A stretch of DNA of 64,000 nt from Octopus sinensis. Lineage: Eukaryota. Below, one piece after another: positions 1 through 12,646 of this stretch. Positions within the stretch are counted from its first letter, which is position 1. Each line of letters starts with the position of its first letter. Both the position numbers and the translations under genes were made by a program. The DNA is taken from positions 49,104,001 to 49,168,000 of the forward strand of contig NC_043008.1 of NCBI RefSeq assembly GCF_006345805.1, written 5' to 3'. The notes beneath the pieces were generated by a model. It saw only the letters and a program-made list of their open reading frames with translations, was not told the DNA's origin and did no database searches.

Positions 1-714
1 ACAGCGACATACTTTCTTACATATTTTATTGACTCTCACAATAAACAATACAACATTTATTTAAATACTGACGCGGAATTTACAAAGTGGATGGTTTTCA
101 TATGTCAAATATGTTTTGCTTAAATTTGATCCTGATTTATTTTAGGTGGTCTGGCTCTCTCGTTTCATATTTTTCTTTTTCGTAATTTCTAATATCATTT
201 TGTGTTGAGAATCTTATCAACGGATTCTTTTCTGATTCGCTTCATGGTTTTATTTCTTCGCTGTAAGCATTGCATTCGAGTGGAGCAGCTTATGCAGGAC
301 ATAAATAAACAGTGGTTATATATTCTTTTCTGCTCTAGGCACAAGGCCCGAAATTTTGGAGGAGGAGTGGCCAGTCGATTAGATCGACTCAACTGGTACT
401 TATTTATTAGGCGTGTTACAATAAAACTGACCTCTACGAGTATTCTCGTACCTGGCGAAATTTTATGGATTGCCAACTACGAGATAACCCGTAGTTAGCC
501 TTCAACGTGTTAAACGAATCATGGCTGTTATCCTTCCTTTTTTAATTAAATCAGTAAAAAAAGAATATAAAAACAGTCAACCAAATCAATGTCTTTTGTC
601 GCAAACTCTCAACCTTCTCACTCATAAAATAAATTCCTAAATTCATTCATTGGTTAATTAAAAAGTGCAAACGTTTATTAATGAGGCAAAGACTCACAAC
701 AATCTGGAACAAAC

Positions 715-1931
715 TGGTCTTTCTCTCCTTTTCCTTTCTTTCTTTTCTCTTTCTTTCTTTCTCTTCTCTTTCTTTCTTTCTTTTCTCTTCTCTTTTTCTC
801 TCCTCGTTCTCTTCTCTTTTCTTTCTTTCTTTTCTTTTCTCTTTCTCTTCTCTTTCTTTCTCTCCTCTTTCTCTTCTCTTTCTTTCTCTTCTCTTTCTTT
901 TCTCTTTTCTCTCCTCTTTCTTTCTTTCTCTTCTCTTTCTTTTCTCTTTTCTCTCCTCTTTCTTTCTTCCTCTTCTCTCCTCTTTCTCTTCTCTTTCTTT
1001 CTTTCTTTTCTCTCCTCTTTCTCTTCTCTTTCTTTCTCTTCTCTTTCTTTTCTCTTTTCTCTCCTCTTTCTTTCTTCCTTTTCTCTTCTCTTTCTTTCTC
1101 TTTCTTTCTTTTCTCTTTTCTCTCCTCTTTCTCTTCTCTTTCTTTCTTTTTTCTTTTTTCTCTCCCCTTTCTCTTCTCTTTTCTTTCTTACTTTCTTTCC
1201 TCTTTCTCTTCTCTTTCTTTCTTTTTTCTTTTTCTCTCCTCTTTCTCTTCTCCATTTTTCTTTCTCTTCTCTACTTCTCTCTCTCTCCCTTTCTCTCTTT
1301 CCTCACTTTTACTCATTCTCTCTTTTTGCCTTGACATATCTCTCATGTGAAGGCATGTGGCTTAGTGGTTAGGGATATTCAGCTCACAATCGTATAGTTG
1401 TGAGTTCAATTCCCGGCAGCGCGTTGTGTCCTTGAGCAAGACACTTTATTTCACATTGCTCCAGTCCACTCAGCTGGGAAAAGTGAGCTGTACCTGTAAT
1501 TCAAACGGGGCCAACCATGTCGCATTCGGTGTCATGCTGGATCTCCCTGACAACTATGTTAAGTGTAGGCGTGTCTGTGGAGTACTCAGCCACTTGCACA
1601 TTGATTTCAAGAGCAAGCTGTTCCGTTGATTAGATCAACTGGAACGCTCGTCGTCGTAATTGACGGAGGACCAGTTTGTATCACAACCATTTTCTACCCA
1701 CTTTTTTCATAATTTCTCTACCTTTTTATCCCCTCTTTCTCCCTCTCTTTCTTTCATTGTCTTCCTCATTAATTCTCCCCCCTCTCTCTCTCTCTCACAC
1801 TCTATCTATCTATCTATCTATCTTTACTCTTACATCTCTCCTCATTTCTCTCAAACTCTTCACAGTCTTCTTACCTATTTTTTATATTTACTTGTAACAC
1901 TCCCTCTATCACTCCTCTTCCTTTCTTTCTT

Positions 1932-1990
<59 letters not shown>

Positions 1991-2420
1991 CTTACTTTAT
2001 ATATATCTTCCCTTTGTTAACACTCCTTCCCTCTCTTTCTGTACCCTTCGTGCTCTTCTCCTTTCTCTCAGCCTCTCTCTCCTCTCTCTTTCTTTATCTC
2101 TTTTCGTCTCCCTCTTTCCCTCTCTCTCTCTCTCTCTTTCTCTCTCTTTCTCTGTCCCTTTCTATTTTCCCCCTCCTTATAGCTCTCTTTTATTTCTTTT
2201 CTCTGCCATTCTTCTCTTTCCTTTAGCCTTCTCTTTCTCTTTCTCTCTCTCTATTTCTATCTCTCTATCTCTCAATTTTCTTCTATTTTCTGCCCATTCC
2301 TATCACCCCCTAACACATCTCTTCCTTTTTACTTTCATTTCTTATCTTTATCCTTTCCTCCCCCTCTCTCTCTCTCTCTCTCACTCACTCTATTTCACAC
2401 ACACACACACACACTTTCTC
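715..2420. repeat. CT-rich polypyrimidine low-complexity tracts (715-1320, 1780-2420)
   Basis: direct inspection; mirrored by an AG-rich tract at 27530-27945. Confidence 0.95.
1349..1674 (+). mobile_element. tRNA-derived SINE family C (CORE-like)
   Basis: tRNA-like head, gtgtccttgagcaagacacttt core; full copy about 32066-32380, 3' parts about 4661-4828 and 11455-11610. Confidence 0.85.
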
Positions 2421-3024
2421 ATTTCCCCTTCACTCTTATTTAGCATATTTTCTCCTTCTCTTTCCTTTCCTTTCACTTCATCGCCCCCGTAAACCCAGAT
2501 TCCCTTCCTAATGGCTACCAATATATCCATATTTCATGAGAGACTATAAGCTATTGAGAGTAACCAGTCTTCTTATAGGTAAACATGACACACGGTCACC
2601 TCTTCGTTACGTAATGAGAGACAGAAAAGAAAATATAAAAAGACATTATAATTGCGTTTACAATGCTCTGCATTTCTTAACAATACCCAACATACTTTCA
2701 ACACTAAGTATTACTGAGGCATTCCTACTTGTTCGCCATTGAAACTAGCAGACATTTTTATACAGCAGACAATTTCATGAGCAGACGATACTTCTCTAGC
2801 AGACGACACCTTTACTACTTGCTACTAAAATGCATAACCTCAAAACCTTTTAACCTTTCGAGATTTATGTTTATTTTTAATGATCTACTCTGTATATAAA
2901 AGTCTCTTTTTTCTGATTATAAACATTATGAAACGACAAATAGACCCCGCTATGTTTTTCACTCATTCTTACGCAGTCATTTTCCTAATCCTTCGGGAAT
3001 TTCTCTTTTTTTTTTTTTCAATAG

Positions 3025-3150
3025 GAGTGGAAGGAGACGAGAAATTTGTGTGACCTGATTTTCGTGCTTGTGTGTGAACATCCTTTATTTGTTCAGTTAA
3101 AGACAACGAACAATACCCACAGTGTTTCTTACATCTTTCTAAACCAAAAG
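3025..3150 (+). other. Candidate exon of a plus-strand transcript
   Basis: long polypyrimidine tract + caatag acceptor, AAG/GTATAC donor; 126 nt, open only in phase 0; may be UTR. Confidence 0.4.
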
Positions 3151-3322
3151 GTATACGCAACTAGTAAGAATAATGCAGTCGGCGTTTGCTATGAATAGCT
3201 GCAAATTTAAAAATGAAGTAACATGAAAATGGACAGTTAAGAAGTATGAGTCACAGAGAGTTTGTTTAGTATGGAATCTAGTCACGTGTGTGTGAGAGTG
3301 ATGTGTAGATGTTTGTATGTCA

Positions 3323-3706
3323 TTATTACCTCCGCCTTCACTAAGGCAGAGGTATTGTTTTCAGTCATGTTTGTTTGTTTGTTTGTTTGTCCATAGACAA
3401 GATATCTCAAGAACTGCCGGATGGATCCGGATGAAACTTTCAGGAATGTTTGGCCACGTAACTGGCACGACCTGATTAGATTTTGGGATCGATCTGGTAC
3501 CAGACAAGGGTTTTGGATTACCTTCTCTTTTTTTTTTTTTTTTACTTAATTTTTGAGAGCGGTCGGGTTCATTTTTAGTATTCTCATTTGCGAGAGCAGG
3601 CGAATTTATTTCAGCTATTCTCATTTTTAAATTCATCTCTGGTTAATCGTTGAGAGGACGTTGGTGTTGCCTTGGCGGAGGTTTGCGCTCTCTGAGTGCT
3701 CTTGTT
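3323..3706 (+). mobile_element. Helentron-associated (DINE-1/HINE-like) non-autonomous element
   Basis: 5' ttattacctccgcc, (TTTG)n tract, 3' inverted ggcggaggt followed by hairpin gcgctctctgagtgc and a T-rich end. Confidence 0.75.
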
Positions 3707-3721
3707 TAGTTTATTTTCCAG

Positions 3722-3802
3722 ATTTCTCAGCAATTCTGACAGAATCGGTTTCTAACCTAGATCCAAGGCTCCTTCATTGGAATTTTAAACATCATCAACA
3801 AG
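3722..3802 (+). CDS. Candidate plus-strand exon
   Basis: tttattttccag acceptor, AAG/GTATTT donor; phase 1 to 1; FSAILTESVSNLDPRLLHWNFKHHQQ. Confidence 0.45.
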
Positions 3803-4439
3803 GTATTTGTGTATGCTTGTGTGTATGCGTAGAGTATTTGGAGTCAGTGCATGTGCAGACTCGTATGTGTTACGTATGTACTCTCATGCGTGTACTTGAA
3901 TGCTAACCTTTTAGAAAGTTTTACATATTTTGACAATTCCTTTGATAACTTGAATCCGTAATGTTCTAAATAGCTTTCTCCTTTCTAGTTTGAGAACCTT
4001 AATTTCTCAAGATTGGTGCTTAGGCAATTCGTTACATATCCTAGCGCCCCAATAATTAAAGGTATAATAAACCTGAACTTGTAATCCTGGTAGAGTAACT
4101 GTAAATTTCTCAGTAGTTCGGTGTAGGCGTTATCTTTTTCACTGATCTTAAGCTCCTTGTTGACATTCGCTGAGCAACAGCCTTCCACAACTGTACATAG
4201 TTTCTGTTCATCATCATCATCATCATCATTTAACAGCTGCTTTCCATGCTGGCATTGGTTGGACGGTTTGACTGAAAACTGGTCAGCCGGAGTGGGGGGG
4301 GACTGCAAGGTTTCTAGGACTGGATGCCCTTCCTAATCACTGTATCTGATATATTATCTTTGCATTTCATTGAGACTTTCACTGGGACATCCCACCAATA
4401 CTCCTTCATATAACGGGGTGCTACGGCCTGTACTACACG

Positions 4440-4472
<33 letters not shown>

Positions 4473-4506
4473 TGTATGTATGTATGTATGTATGTATGCA
4501 TGCATG

Positions 4507-4540
<34 letters not shown>

Positions 4541-5979
4541 TGTATGTATGTATGTATGTATGTATGCATGTATGTATGTGTGTATGTATGTCATTATTCA
4601 GTTTTATTTCAAAATTTCTTACCTATATTTTCTTCCTGTTTCTGTTGTACCTGTATTTCAAAGGGCCGGCCTTGTCACTCTCTGTGTCACGCTGAATATC
4701 CCCGAGAACTACGTTAAGGGTACACGTGTCTGTGGAGTGCTCAGCCACTTACACGTTAATTTCACGAGCAGGCTGTTCCGTTGATTCGGATCAACCGGAA
4801 CCCTCGTCGTCGCAACCGACGGAGTGCTTCCCATCTCTCCGGCTATTTATATGCATGTGTCAGTTTCTCATTGTTAAAGACGTGTTTCTTTCTCTCTTTT
4901 TTTTCTTCCGCAACAAAAAAAGCCACCGTTACTGCCCCACGACCTTCACCCCTGCAGCGCCGAAACAACAACGGCAATAACGACTTTTACGCAACATGAT
5001 CACAACAACAATCTCTATCGTCAACACCAACAACAACAACATCAAAGGCATTCCCACCAACACCTCATCAAATATTCATCGGAGATTAGCCACATCTGAA
5101 CAATATTCACAACAATTTAACAAATAAGCCACGCTAATGAATGTATAACGACGCCCAAGCACACTAAAATCACTGCCATGGACTCTATGAGCCTCTGTTT
5201 ATGAGAAATAGATTAAGATATCGTAAGACGCAGAACAGAGCGGATAATAATGTCCTGTCGGGAAAAAATGACTGAGCAGTCACGGTTGGAACACCGTTGT
5301 CTATCATTTGCTCGATAAAACGTATGGTTATATACAACATATGGTTATACAAAAGTGAAATTTTACTCAAATGAAAATACACCAAATTAGTCACCTCTGA
5401 AGAAACAAAAGTTGAAACATTTGGCCATGTTGTACGGAAGCAAATTTGTCTGTGTGCTAAACATATTTGTTACTATGGAAGTGTGTGTGTGTGTTTGGGT
5501 GTGTATGTGTGCGTGTGTTCGCGCGTGTGTGTGTACCTGTGTTTCTTCCCCCACACCCACTGCTTGGCAACCGGTATTAGTTTGTTTACGTCCCCGTAAC
5601 TTTGCGATTCGTAACTTTCCTCGCATTGCTACTCTTTGGAACACATTACCTATTTCTTTACTACCCACAAGGGGCTAAACACAAAGAGAGGACAAACAAG
5701 GACAGACAAACGGATTAAGTCGATCATATCGACCCCAGTTCGTAACTGGTACTTATTTAATCGACCCCGAAAGGATAAAAGGCAAAGTTGAGTTCGGCGG
5801 AATTCGAACTCAGTACATAGCAGCAGACGAAAGACCGCTAAGCATTTCGCCCGGCGTGCTAGCGATTCAGCCAGCACGCCGCCTTTTGAGCACATTACCA
5901 CCGCCTTGTCTCAGCCCTTTCAGCTTTCTATCAATTTGTAGGTCCTTCTTTTCTTTGTTTCTGGTCCCTTACGCTACAG

Positions 5980-6037
5980 TAGCCTCAAACCGGGTCTGGG
6001 ACAAAATCGCGACAAGAACAATAAAGAACCCGAAACA
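5980..6037 (+). CDS. Candidate plus-strand exon
   Basis: cccttacgctacag acceptor, ACA/GTAAGT donor; in frame with 3722-3802 (ASNRVWDKIATRTIKNPK). Confidence 0.45.
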
Positions 6038-6104
6038 GTAAGTATGAGACTTAGAAGACAAGTCGTGGGGGGGTGTCAAGCTGTTCGAGTGAAAGAAAAT
6101 AGAT

Positions 6105-6512
6105 ACCTGTGTGTGTGTGCGTGTGTGTGTGTGTGTTTGTGTTTGTGTTTGTGTATGTGTGTGTGCGTGTGTGAGTTTGTGCGTGTGTGTGAGTGTGCGT
6201 GTATTTCTGTCTGTGTGTGTTTGTGTGCTTGCGTACTTGTTTGTGCATTCGTGTGTGTATTTGTGTGTGTGTGTGTGTGTGCGTGTTTTTGTGTTTGCGT
6301 ATGTGTGTGTGTTTGTGTGTGAGTTTGTGCGTGTATTTCTGTCTGCGTGTGTTTGTGTGCTTGCGTGCGTGTGTGTGTATTTGTGTGCGTATGATTTGTG
6401 TGTGTTTGTGTGTGTTTGTGTGTGTGCATGTATGCGTGTGAGTGTGTTTGTGTGTGTGTTTCTGTGCGTGTATGTGTGTGTGTGCGTGCGTATGTGCGTG
6501 CGTGCATGTGCA
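6105..6512. repeat. Imperfect (GT)n microsatellite; (CA/TACA)n at 8836-9390 and 28662-28935; (TATG)n at 4441-4590
   Basis: direct inspection. Confidence 0.95.
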
Positions 6513-6769
6513 TCTAATTATTAAAAACAGGTTTTTCATAGAAAAAAAGAACCGCCACCACCACCACCACTACCACCACCGTCATAAACATCTCCCCCTC
6601 CACATTCACAAATGTTCGTGACGGAAAAGTGCAACACGTCAACAATATTCATAAAACACAAATGAGACATTATTTAATCAGAGTAAACTGACGCCTAGAT
6701 ACACTTAGGTCATTCGCACTATAAAAACAACAAAACGAGAAAAACAAGAAAATGATGACAAAAAAATAA

Positions 6770-7125
6770 CTTCATTAGCTTACGGCTGTTTCTGCAATTA
6801 GATGCAACGGACTCGGAGTTAAGTGACTGAGTAACACTTAATAGCTTCATCGGAGCCTGTCATTTTATTTTGATATATTTATCTAATTCAGCCTCTTTCT
6901 TCTCGCTATTTCATCATGTTGAACCGTTACTCCCTACACATTTTTCTCTCTCCGTTTTTTCTTTCTTTTTTCATTCTCTCTCCCTTTTTTTCCTCTTAAT
7001 CCTTCCTGACGAAGAACGTAGGCTCGAAACGTAAAAAGACCTTTCCATTCTTCTCGAGCGTTAAACTAAAACACCTGCCTGTTGTTCCTACACCTGTCTT
7101 CGTCTTTTATTTTCTGGAAATTTTA
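6770..7125 (+). mobile_element. Penelope-like 3' end / pLTR remnant with hammerhead motif
   Basis: ctgacgaa-gaac-gtag-gctc-gaaacgta signature at 7001-7039. Confidence 0.6.
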
Positions 7126-7170
7126 ACTATATATATATATATATTATATATATATATATAATATATATAT

Positions 7171-7254
<84 letters not shown>

Positions 7255-7401
7255 GGCGCGGGAGTGGCTGTATGGTAAGTAGCTTGCTAACCAACCACAT
7301 GGTTCCGGGTTCAGTCCCACTGCGTGGCATCTTGGGCAAGTGTCTTCTGCTATAGCCCCTTGTGAGTGGATTTGGTAGACGGAAACTGAAAGAAGCCTGT
7401 C

Positions 7402-7448
<47 letters not shown>

Positions 7449-7678
7449 CGTGTGTGTGTGTGTGTGTTTGTGTGTCTGTGTTTGTCCCCCTAGCATTGCT
7501 CGACAACCGATGCTGGTGTGTTTACGTCCCCGTCACTTAGCGGTTCGGCAAAAGAGACTGATAGAATAAGTACTGGGCTTACAAAGAATAAGTCCCGGGG
7601 TCGATTTGCTCGACTAAAGGCGGTGCTCCAGCATGGCCGCAGTCAAATGACTGAAACAAGTAAAAGAGTAAAAGAGTA
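7255..7678 (+). mobile_element. tRNA-derived SINE family A (CORE-like, internal TA/TG microsatellite)
   Basis: A/B-box head, ccttgggcaagtgtct core, gagtaaaa tail; other plus-strand copies about 14252-14620, 19659-20005, 62540-62790. Confidence 0.9.
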
Positions 7679-7734
7679 ATATATATTAATACATATATAT
7701 AGTTCAAATTCGCCATGATAGATCGCTAGCCACT

Positions 7735-8382
7735 ACAATTTAAAAATAGGATAAAATCTTTATAAGAATTTATCAAGTAGTTAGCGTGAAAAAAACCTCA
7801 TAAGAGAAAAAATTCACCAATTTTAATCTATTTATATACATTATATAGAGGGCATTACTATACATAAATGTCACACGCTAGGAGGGACTCTTAAAGTCAA
7901 AACTACCAAAATAAATAAACACATCGTACCGAATTCAACTCTCGAAGCAAGTCATTTAAAAACAGAATTTAGCTGCATATCACCGTGATTTCATAATTAG
8001 TGCAGTAATGCACTTTTTAATCCTCAGTGCAAGCATAATTCAAGATTTATAACGAATGAACAAAATCAACATACCAGACGAACAACCAATGTATCCAACG
8101 TAGCATATAGAACTGTTCACCCTTTACACATCTATGTAAATGGTGGGCTTTTTCGAATTGCATTTCGGCAACAACGTCCTTATTCGGAATAAAAATTCAG
8201 TACTGAATATACTCCGGTTAAATTTACAATTTAAAAATAGCATAAAATCTTTAAAAGAATTTGTCAAGTAGTTAGCGTGAAAAAACCTCATAAGAGAAAA
8301 AAATCCGCCAATTTTTTCACTTAAATATATTTTTATTTATATTATATAGAGGGCATACTATACATAAATGCCACACGCTAGT
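7735..8382. repeat. About 145-bp direct repeats flanking an approximately 350-bp core
   Basis: acaatttaaaaatag...cacacgctag at about 7735-7880 and 8227-8382. Confidence 0.7.
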
Positions 8383-8389
8383 ATACTAG

Positions 8390-8434
<45 letters not shown>

Positions 8435-8436
<2 letters not shown>

Positions 8437-8836
8437 TTTACTCTTTTACTTGTTTCAGTCATTTGACTGCGGCCATGCTGGAGCACCGCCTTTAATCGAG
8501 CAACTCGACCCCAGGACTTATTCTTTGTAAGCCCAGTACTAATTCTATCGGTCTAATTTGCCGAACCGCTAAGTGACGGGGACATAAACATACTGGCATC
8601 GGTTGTCAAGCAATGCTAGGGGGACAAACACAGACACACAAACATATACACACACATACATATATATATATACATATATACGACAGGCTTCTTTCAGTTT
8701 CCGTCTACCAAATCCACTCACAAGGCATTGGTCGGCCCGGGGCTATAGCAGAAGACACTTGCCCAAGATGCCACGCAGTGGGACTGAACCCGGAACCATG
8801 TGGTTGGTTAGCAAGCTACTTACCACACAGCCACTC
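8435..8836 (-). mobile_element. SINE family A
   Basis: reverse copy; others about 21700-22031, 26742-27085, 36522-36932, 57890-58228, and partial 11675-11890. Confidence 0.9.
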
Positions 8837-9557
8837 ACACACACACACACATCCATCCATCGATCTTTCTCCCTTTCTCTCTTTCTCTCTCTCTCCCTCT
8901 CTCTCTCCCTCCTCTCTCTCTCTCTCTCTCTCTCATACACACACACACACAAACATACATACATACACGCATACACATGCGCGCACACAAATATACGTAC
9001 ACACATACACACACTTACATACACGCTCACACACACACACATACAATCATACACACATACACATGTACGCATGCAAACACACATACACGCACATACGCAC
9101 ACATACACACACATACATACACTCTCATACACACACAAACATACATACATGCACACATACACATGTACGCACACAAATACACACACACATACGCACACAT
9201 ACACACACATACATACATACATACATACATACACGTTCATACACACACACACACACACACAATCATACACACACACACACAATCATACACACACACACAA
9301 TCATACACACGTACACATGTACGCACACAAACACACACACACGCACATACGCAAACATACATACACATACATACACTCTCATGCACACACGGATCTTTGT
9401 GGTCGTTGTCACTGTCTACAGTTTTGTTCCAATAATTTTCAAATTTGGTATATTGATTAAGTTTTGTATACTAATCCTGAAAATGAAATTCATTTTCCCT
9501 ATAAATTCATGATTAAAAAGTTATTAGCCTTTAAAGCTTGCAAATTTTGGGTATTTT

Positions 9558-9692
9558 AGCCAATCAGAAGCGAGCATGTTACACATCACAGTGAAGTTCT
9601 GTTAGCATATTAAGCAAAGAAGCACAACGTGTTCCATAGCTGATTGCGAAGAACTCTGTTTCCATAGTAACCAAAGATGCTGCGCATGCGCA
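9558..9692. promoter_or_regulatory. Promoter-like cluster: CCAAT box, RFX X-box, NRF1 site
   Basis: agccaatcag 9558-67; gtttccatagtaac 9658-71; tgcgcatgcgca 9681-92. Confidence 0.6.
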
Positions 9693-9845
9693 CAAGGAGT
9701 GTAAACACCAAATTGAGTGTAATCAAGAGATAGGGAGCACCTGGGCATCTTTAGAAGCGTGGAGAAGGAAATATGAGAAAGATAATTTATTTTATAAAAC
9801 CCTAGCGTGTATTGCAAACTTTCGTTCATCAAGGGGGTTTTTTCA

Positions 9846-10652
9846 CTCTAGGCACAAGGCCTGACATTTTGGGAGGGAGGGAGAGCCAGTCGATTAGATC
9901 GACCCCAGTACGCAACTGGTACTTAATTTATCGACCCGGAAAGGATGAAAGGCAAAGTCGACCTCGGCGGAATTTGAACTCAGAACGTAACGGCAGACGA
10001 AATACCTATTTCTTTACTACCCTCTAGGGGCTAAACACAGAGAGGACAAACAAGGACAGACAAACAGATTAAGTCGATTATATCGACCCCAGTGCGTAAC
10101 TGGTACTTATTTAATCGACGCCGAAAAGATGAAAGGCAAAGTCGACCTCGGCGGAATTTGAACTCAGAACGTAGCGGCAGACGAAATACCTATTTCTTTA
10201 CTACCCACTAGGGGCTAAACACAGAGAGGTCAAACAAGGACAGACAAACAGATTAAGTCGATTATATCGACCCCAGTGCGTAACTGGTACTTATTTAATC
10301 GACCCGGAAAGGATGAAAGGCAAAGTCGACCTCGGCGGAATTTGAACTCAGAACGTAAAGACAGACAAAATACCTATTTCTTTACTACCCACAAGGGGCT
10401 AAACACAGAGAGGACAAACAAAGACAGACAAAGGGATTAAGTCGATTATATCGACCCCAGTGCGTAACTGGTACTTAATTTATCGACGCCGAAAGGATGA
10501 AAGGCAAAGTCGACCTCGGCGGAATTTGAACTCAGAACGTAACGGCAGACGAAATACCGCTAAGCATCTTGCCCGGCGTGCTAATGTTTCTTATTTCATT
10601 ATTGCCCACAAGGGGCTAAACATAGAGAGGACAAACAAGGACAGACAAAGGG
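9846..10652 (-). repeat. Tandem array of SINE family B (184-bp period, about 4 units)
   Basis: cctatttc junction at 10005, 10189, 10373; smaller arrays or copies at about 5640-5885, 18945-19265, 49670-50040. Confidence 0.9.
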
Positions 10653-11754
10653 ATTATGTGGAGAAGGAGATACGTCATTTATACTCAACTAATTTAATCG
10701 ATGTCACCAAAAAGGATTTGTATTTTGTCAAATATATTTTCGACTAGATTAGCGAAAACTCACCAAAAATCTAGCGGGTTTATTTTTATCTCGGTTAAGT
10801 AGACCATAATCTTTCTGCTTCAAGCTTTGCTTAAGCCCTTGTTTTGGGTCAAATAACAGAAATTGGTCCTGTGGCTAAGACATGCAAAACTCAAGGAAGC
10901 CTGCTCCCTAGACCCCAATCACACAGACCAACCAACGTGTGGACATGTCTTGATGTCATGTGAACCAATACCCCCTGCCTAAAGGTCATATAGACACAGT
11001 GCTTCAAGGGTAAACTTTAGAAGATAGGAGATTAGCAGGGTAAACTGTAAATAAACCAGCAAAGGACAATGGGAAATGATTGCTTTATGATTGTATGAAC
11101 AATCAGACTTCGGTGTGGAGATCCATGATGGTCGCCGCCTGGAAATAATAAGCATAGCTCATGAAGAGAGAGAGGGGGGAAGAAAAAGAGGGGAGAACGA
11201 GGGAGAGAGGGAGGGACAGGGGAGAAAAGGGGTACAGGGGACACAGAGAGAAAAGGAGAAAGAGAGAGGGGGAGAGGGCGGGAGAAGTAGGCGCAGTATG
11301 GCTGAATGGTTAAAAAGTTCGCTCCTCAGTCAGAAAGCCGAGGGTTCCATCTTGTATTTTAGCGTGCCATCGCGTCAGCCCGAGTTTCGTGAGTGAATCC
11401 GGGTGGATGGAAACTGTGCAGAATCGCGTCCAATGGATTGTATCCGTAATTTAAAGATCTAGTCTTACCACACACTGTGTCAGGCTCGTTTTCACCCGAG
11501 AATCACGTTAAGGAGACACGTGTCTGCGGAATACTCAGTCACCTACACGATAATTCAAATAATTTGATCATTCGGTTGATGAAACAATTGTAACTGATAC
11601 TCGTAAATTTTGACTGAGATCCATTTTTAGTTTTTACTTTAGCTGCAACTAAGTGTATCTTTTTTATTTTTTTATCTTCTTTCAGTCATTAGACTGCGGC
11701 CAAGCTGGGGCACCACCGAGAAGAATTTTTAGTCGAATGAATCGACCCCAATAC

Positions 11755-11789
<35 letters not shown>

Positions 11790-12533
11790 TTAAGCCTAGT
11801 ACTTATTTCGTCGGTCACTTTTGCCGGACCACTAAATTACGGAGACGTAAATGCTCCATCACCGTTTGTCAAGCAGTGGGGGTGGGGGAAACGCACACAC
11901 ACACACACGGTGGGGGGCACTTTGTCGTCCCACTCATCTCGCAAGACCGTCGCAGTTATCATCATGAAGACCAGTTCTATTAGGTACCAGAATAACTTCC
12001 AAAAAATGTCAGGAACTTGGTTATATTTTATTTATGGATGACCACTCAACAGAACAAAAAAAAAAAGAGAAAAGAATCTGAAGGTTTTTGTCATTTATTT
12101 TTAGAAAAAACAAACAGAAAATGAGAGGCGTACAAGCAAGCGACAATTATTTTACAGCAGAACTTTGGTTTCATTGATTCCAGAAAATAAATGAATGCTT
12201 TTAATTCTTATAAAGGAATTACAAGAAAAGAACGAAACGAGCAATTTTTGAAGCATTCTTCACTATTCTGTATAACACTGATTCTTCATAACTCTACAGA
12301 AATTGTTTTGTGCTGAGATTTTGTGCAATTAAAATATAAAAAACAGAATTATTGTTGTTCATACGGTTATTGCCAAAAGGTGGAGAAATAGATTGCAGAC
12401 GATAATCGATTTTTCCACTTTGATTTCAGATCGAATAATGTAGAAAATCGTGTTACGTGGAGAACTGTAGTTATAAGGGAAACAAAAAATATTCGCTGCC
12501 CTCGAAGACAAACTATGGTAAATTTGGAACTGT

Positions 12534-12646
12534 TCACATCCAAACAAGATTTTTTTCTTGGAATTTCGTGAAATCGTACTTTGGTGGATCGTTGTCTTTG
12601 ATTTGGTATATCAAAGGATAAGGTAGTCTGGATCCATAAGTTCCAC
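12534..12646 (-). CDS. Candidate terminal coding exon of an uncharacterised protein
   Basis: ggttatttttcag acceptor; phase 1; (G)GTYGSRLPYPLIYQIKDNDPPKYDFTKFQEKNLVWM*. Confidence 0.55.

Noticed and set aside
195-290. Possible minus-strand terminal exon RRNKTMKRIRKESVDKILNTK*
   Set aside because: Acceptor ambiguous and no upstream partner exon found; too weak to call.
647-2226. Long ORFs rich in K/R/E or F/L/S
   Set aside because: Translations of CT/AG low-complexity tracts; the same applies to 27191-28130.
7255-7330. tRNA-like sequences with A/B boxes (also 1349, 32066 and others)
   Set aside because: SINE heads continuous with SINE bodies; no complete cloverleaf was evident.
9846-10652. 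CRISPR-like regular repeats (also 54020-54430, 24508-24675)
   Set aside because: Head-to-tail units with no unique spacers, eukaryotic context and no cas genes.
10860-10985. Possible plus-strand terminal exon
   Set aside because: Two frames are equally plausible, the acceptor is weak and there is no homology cue.
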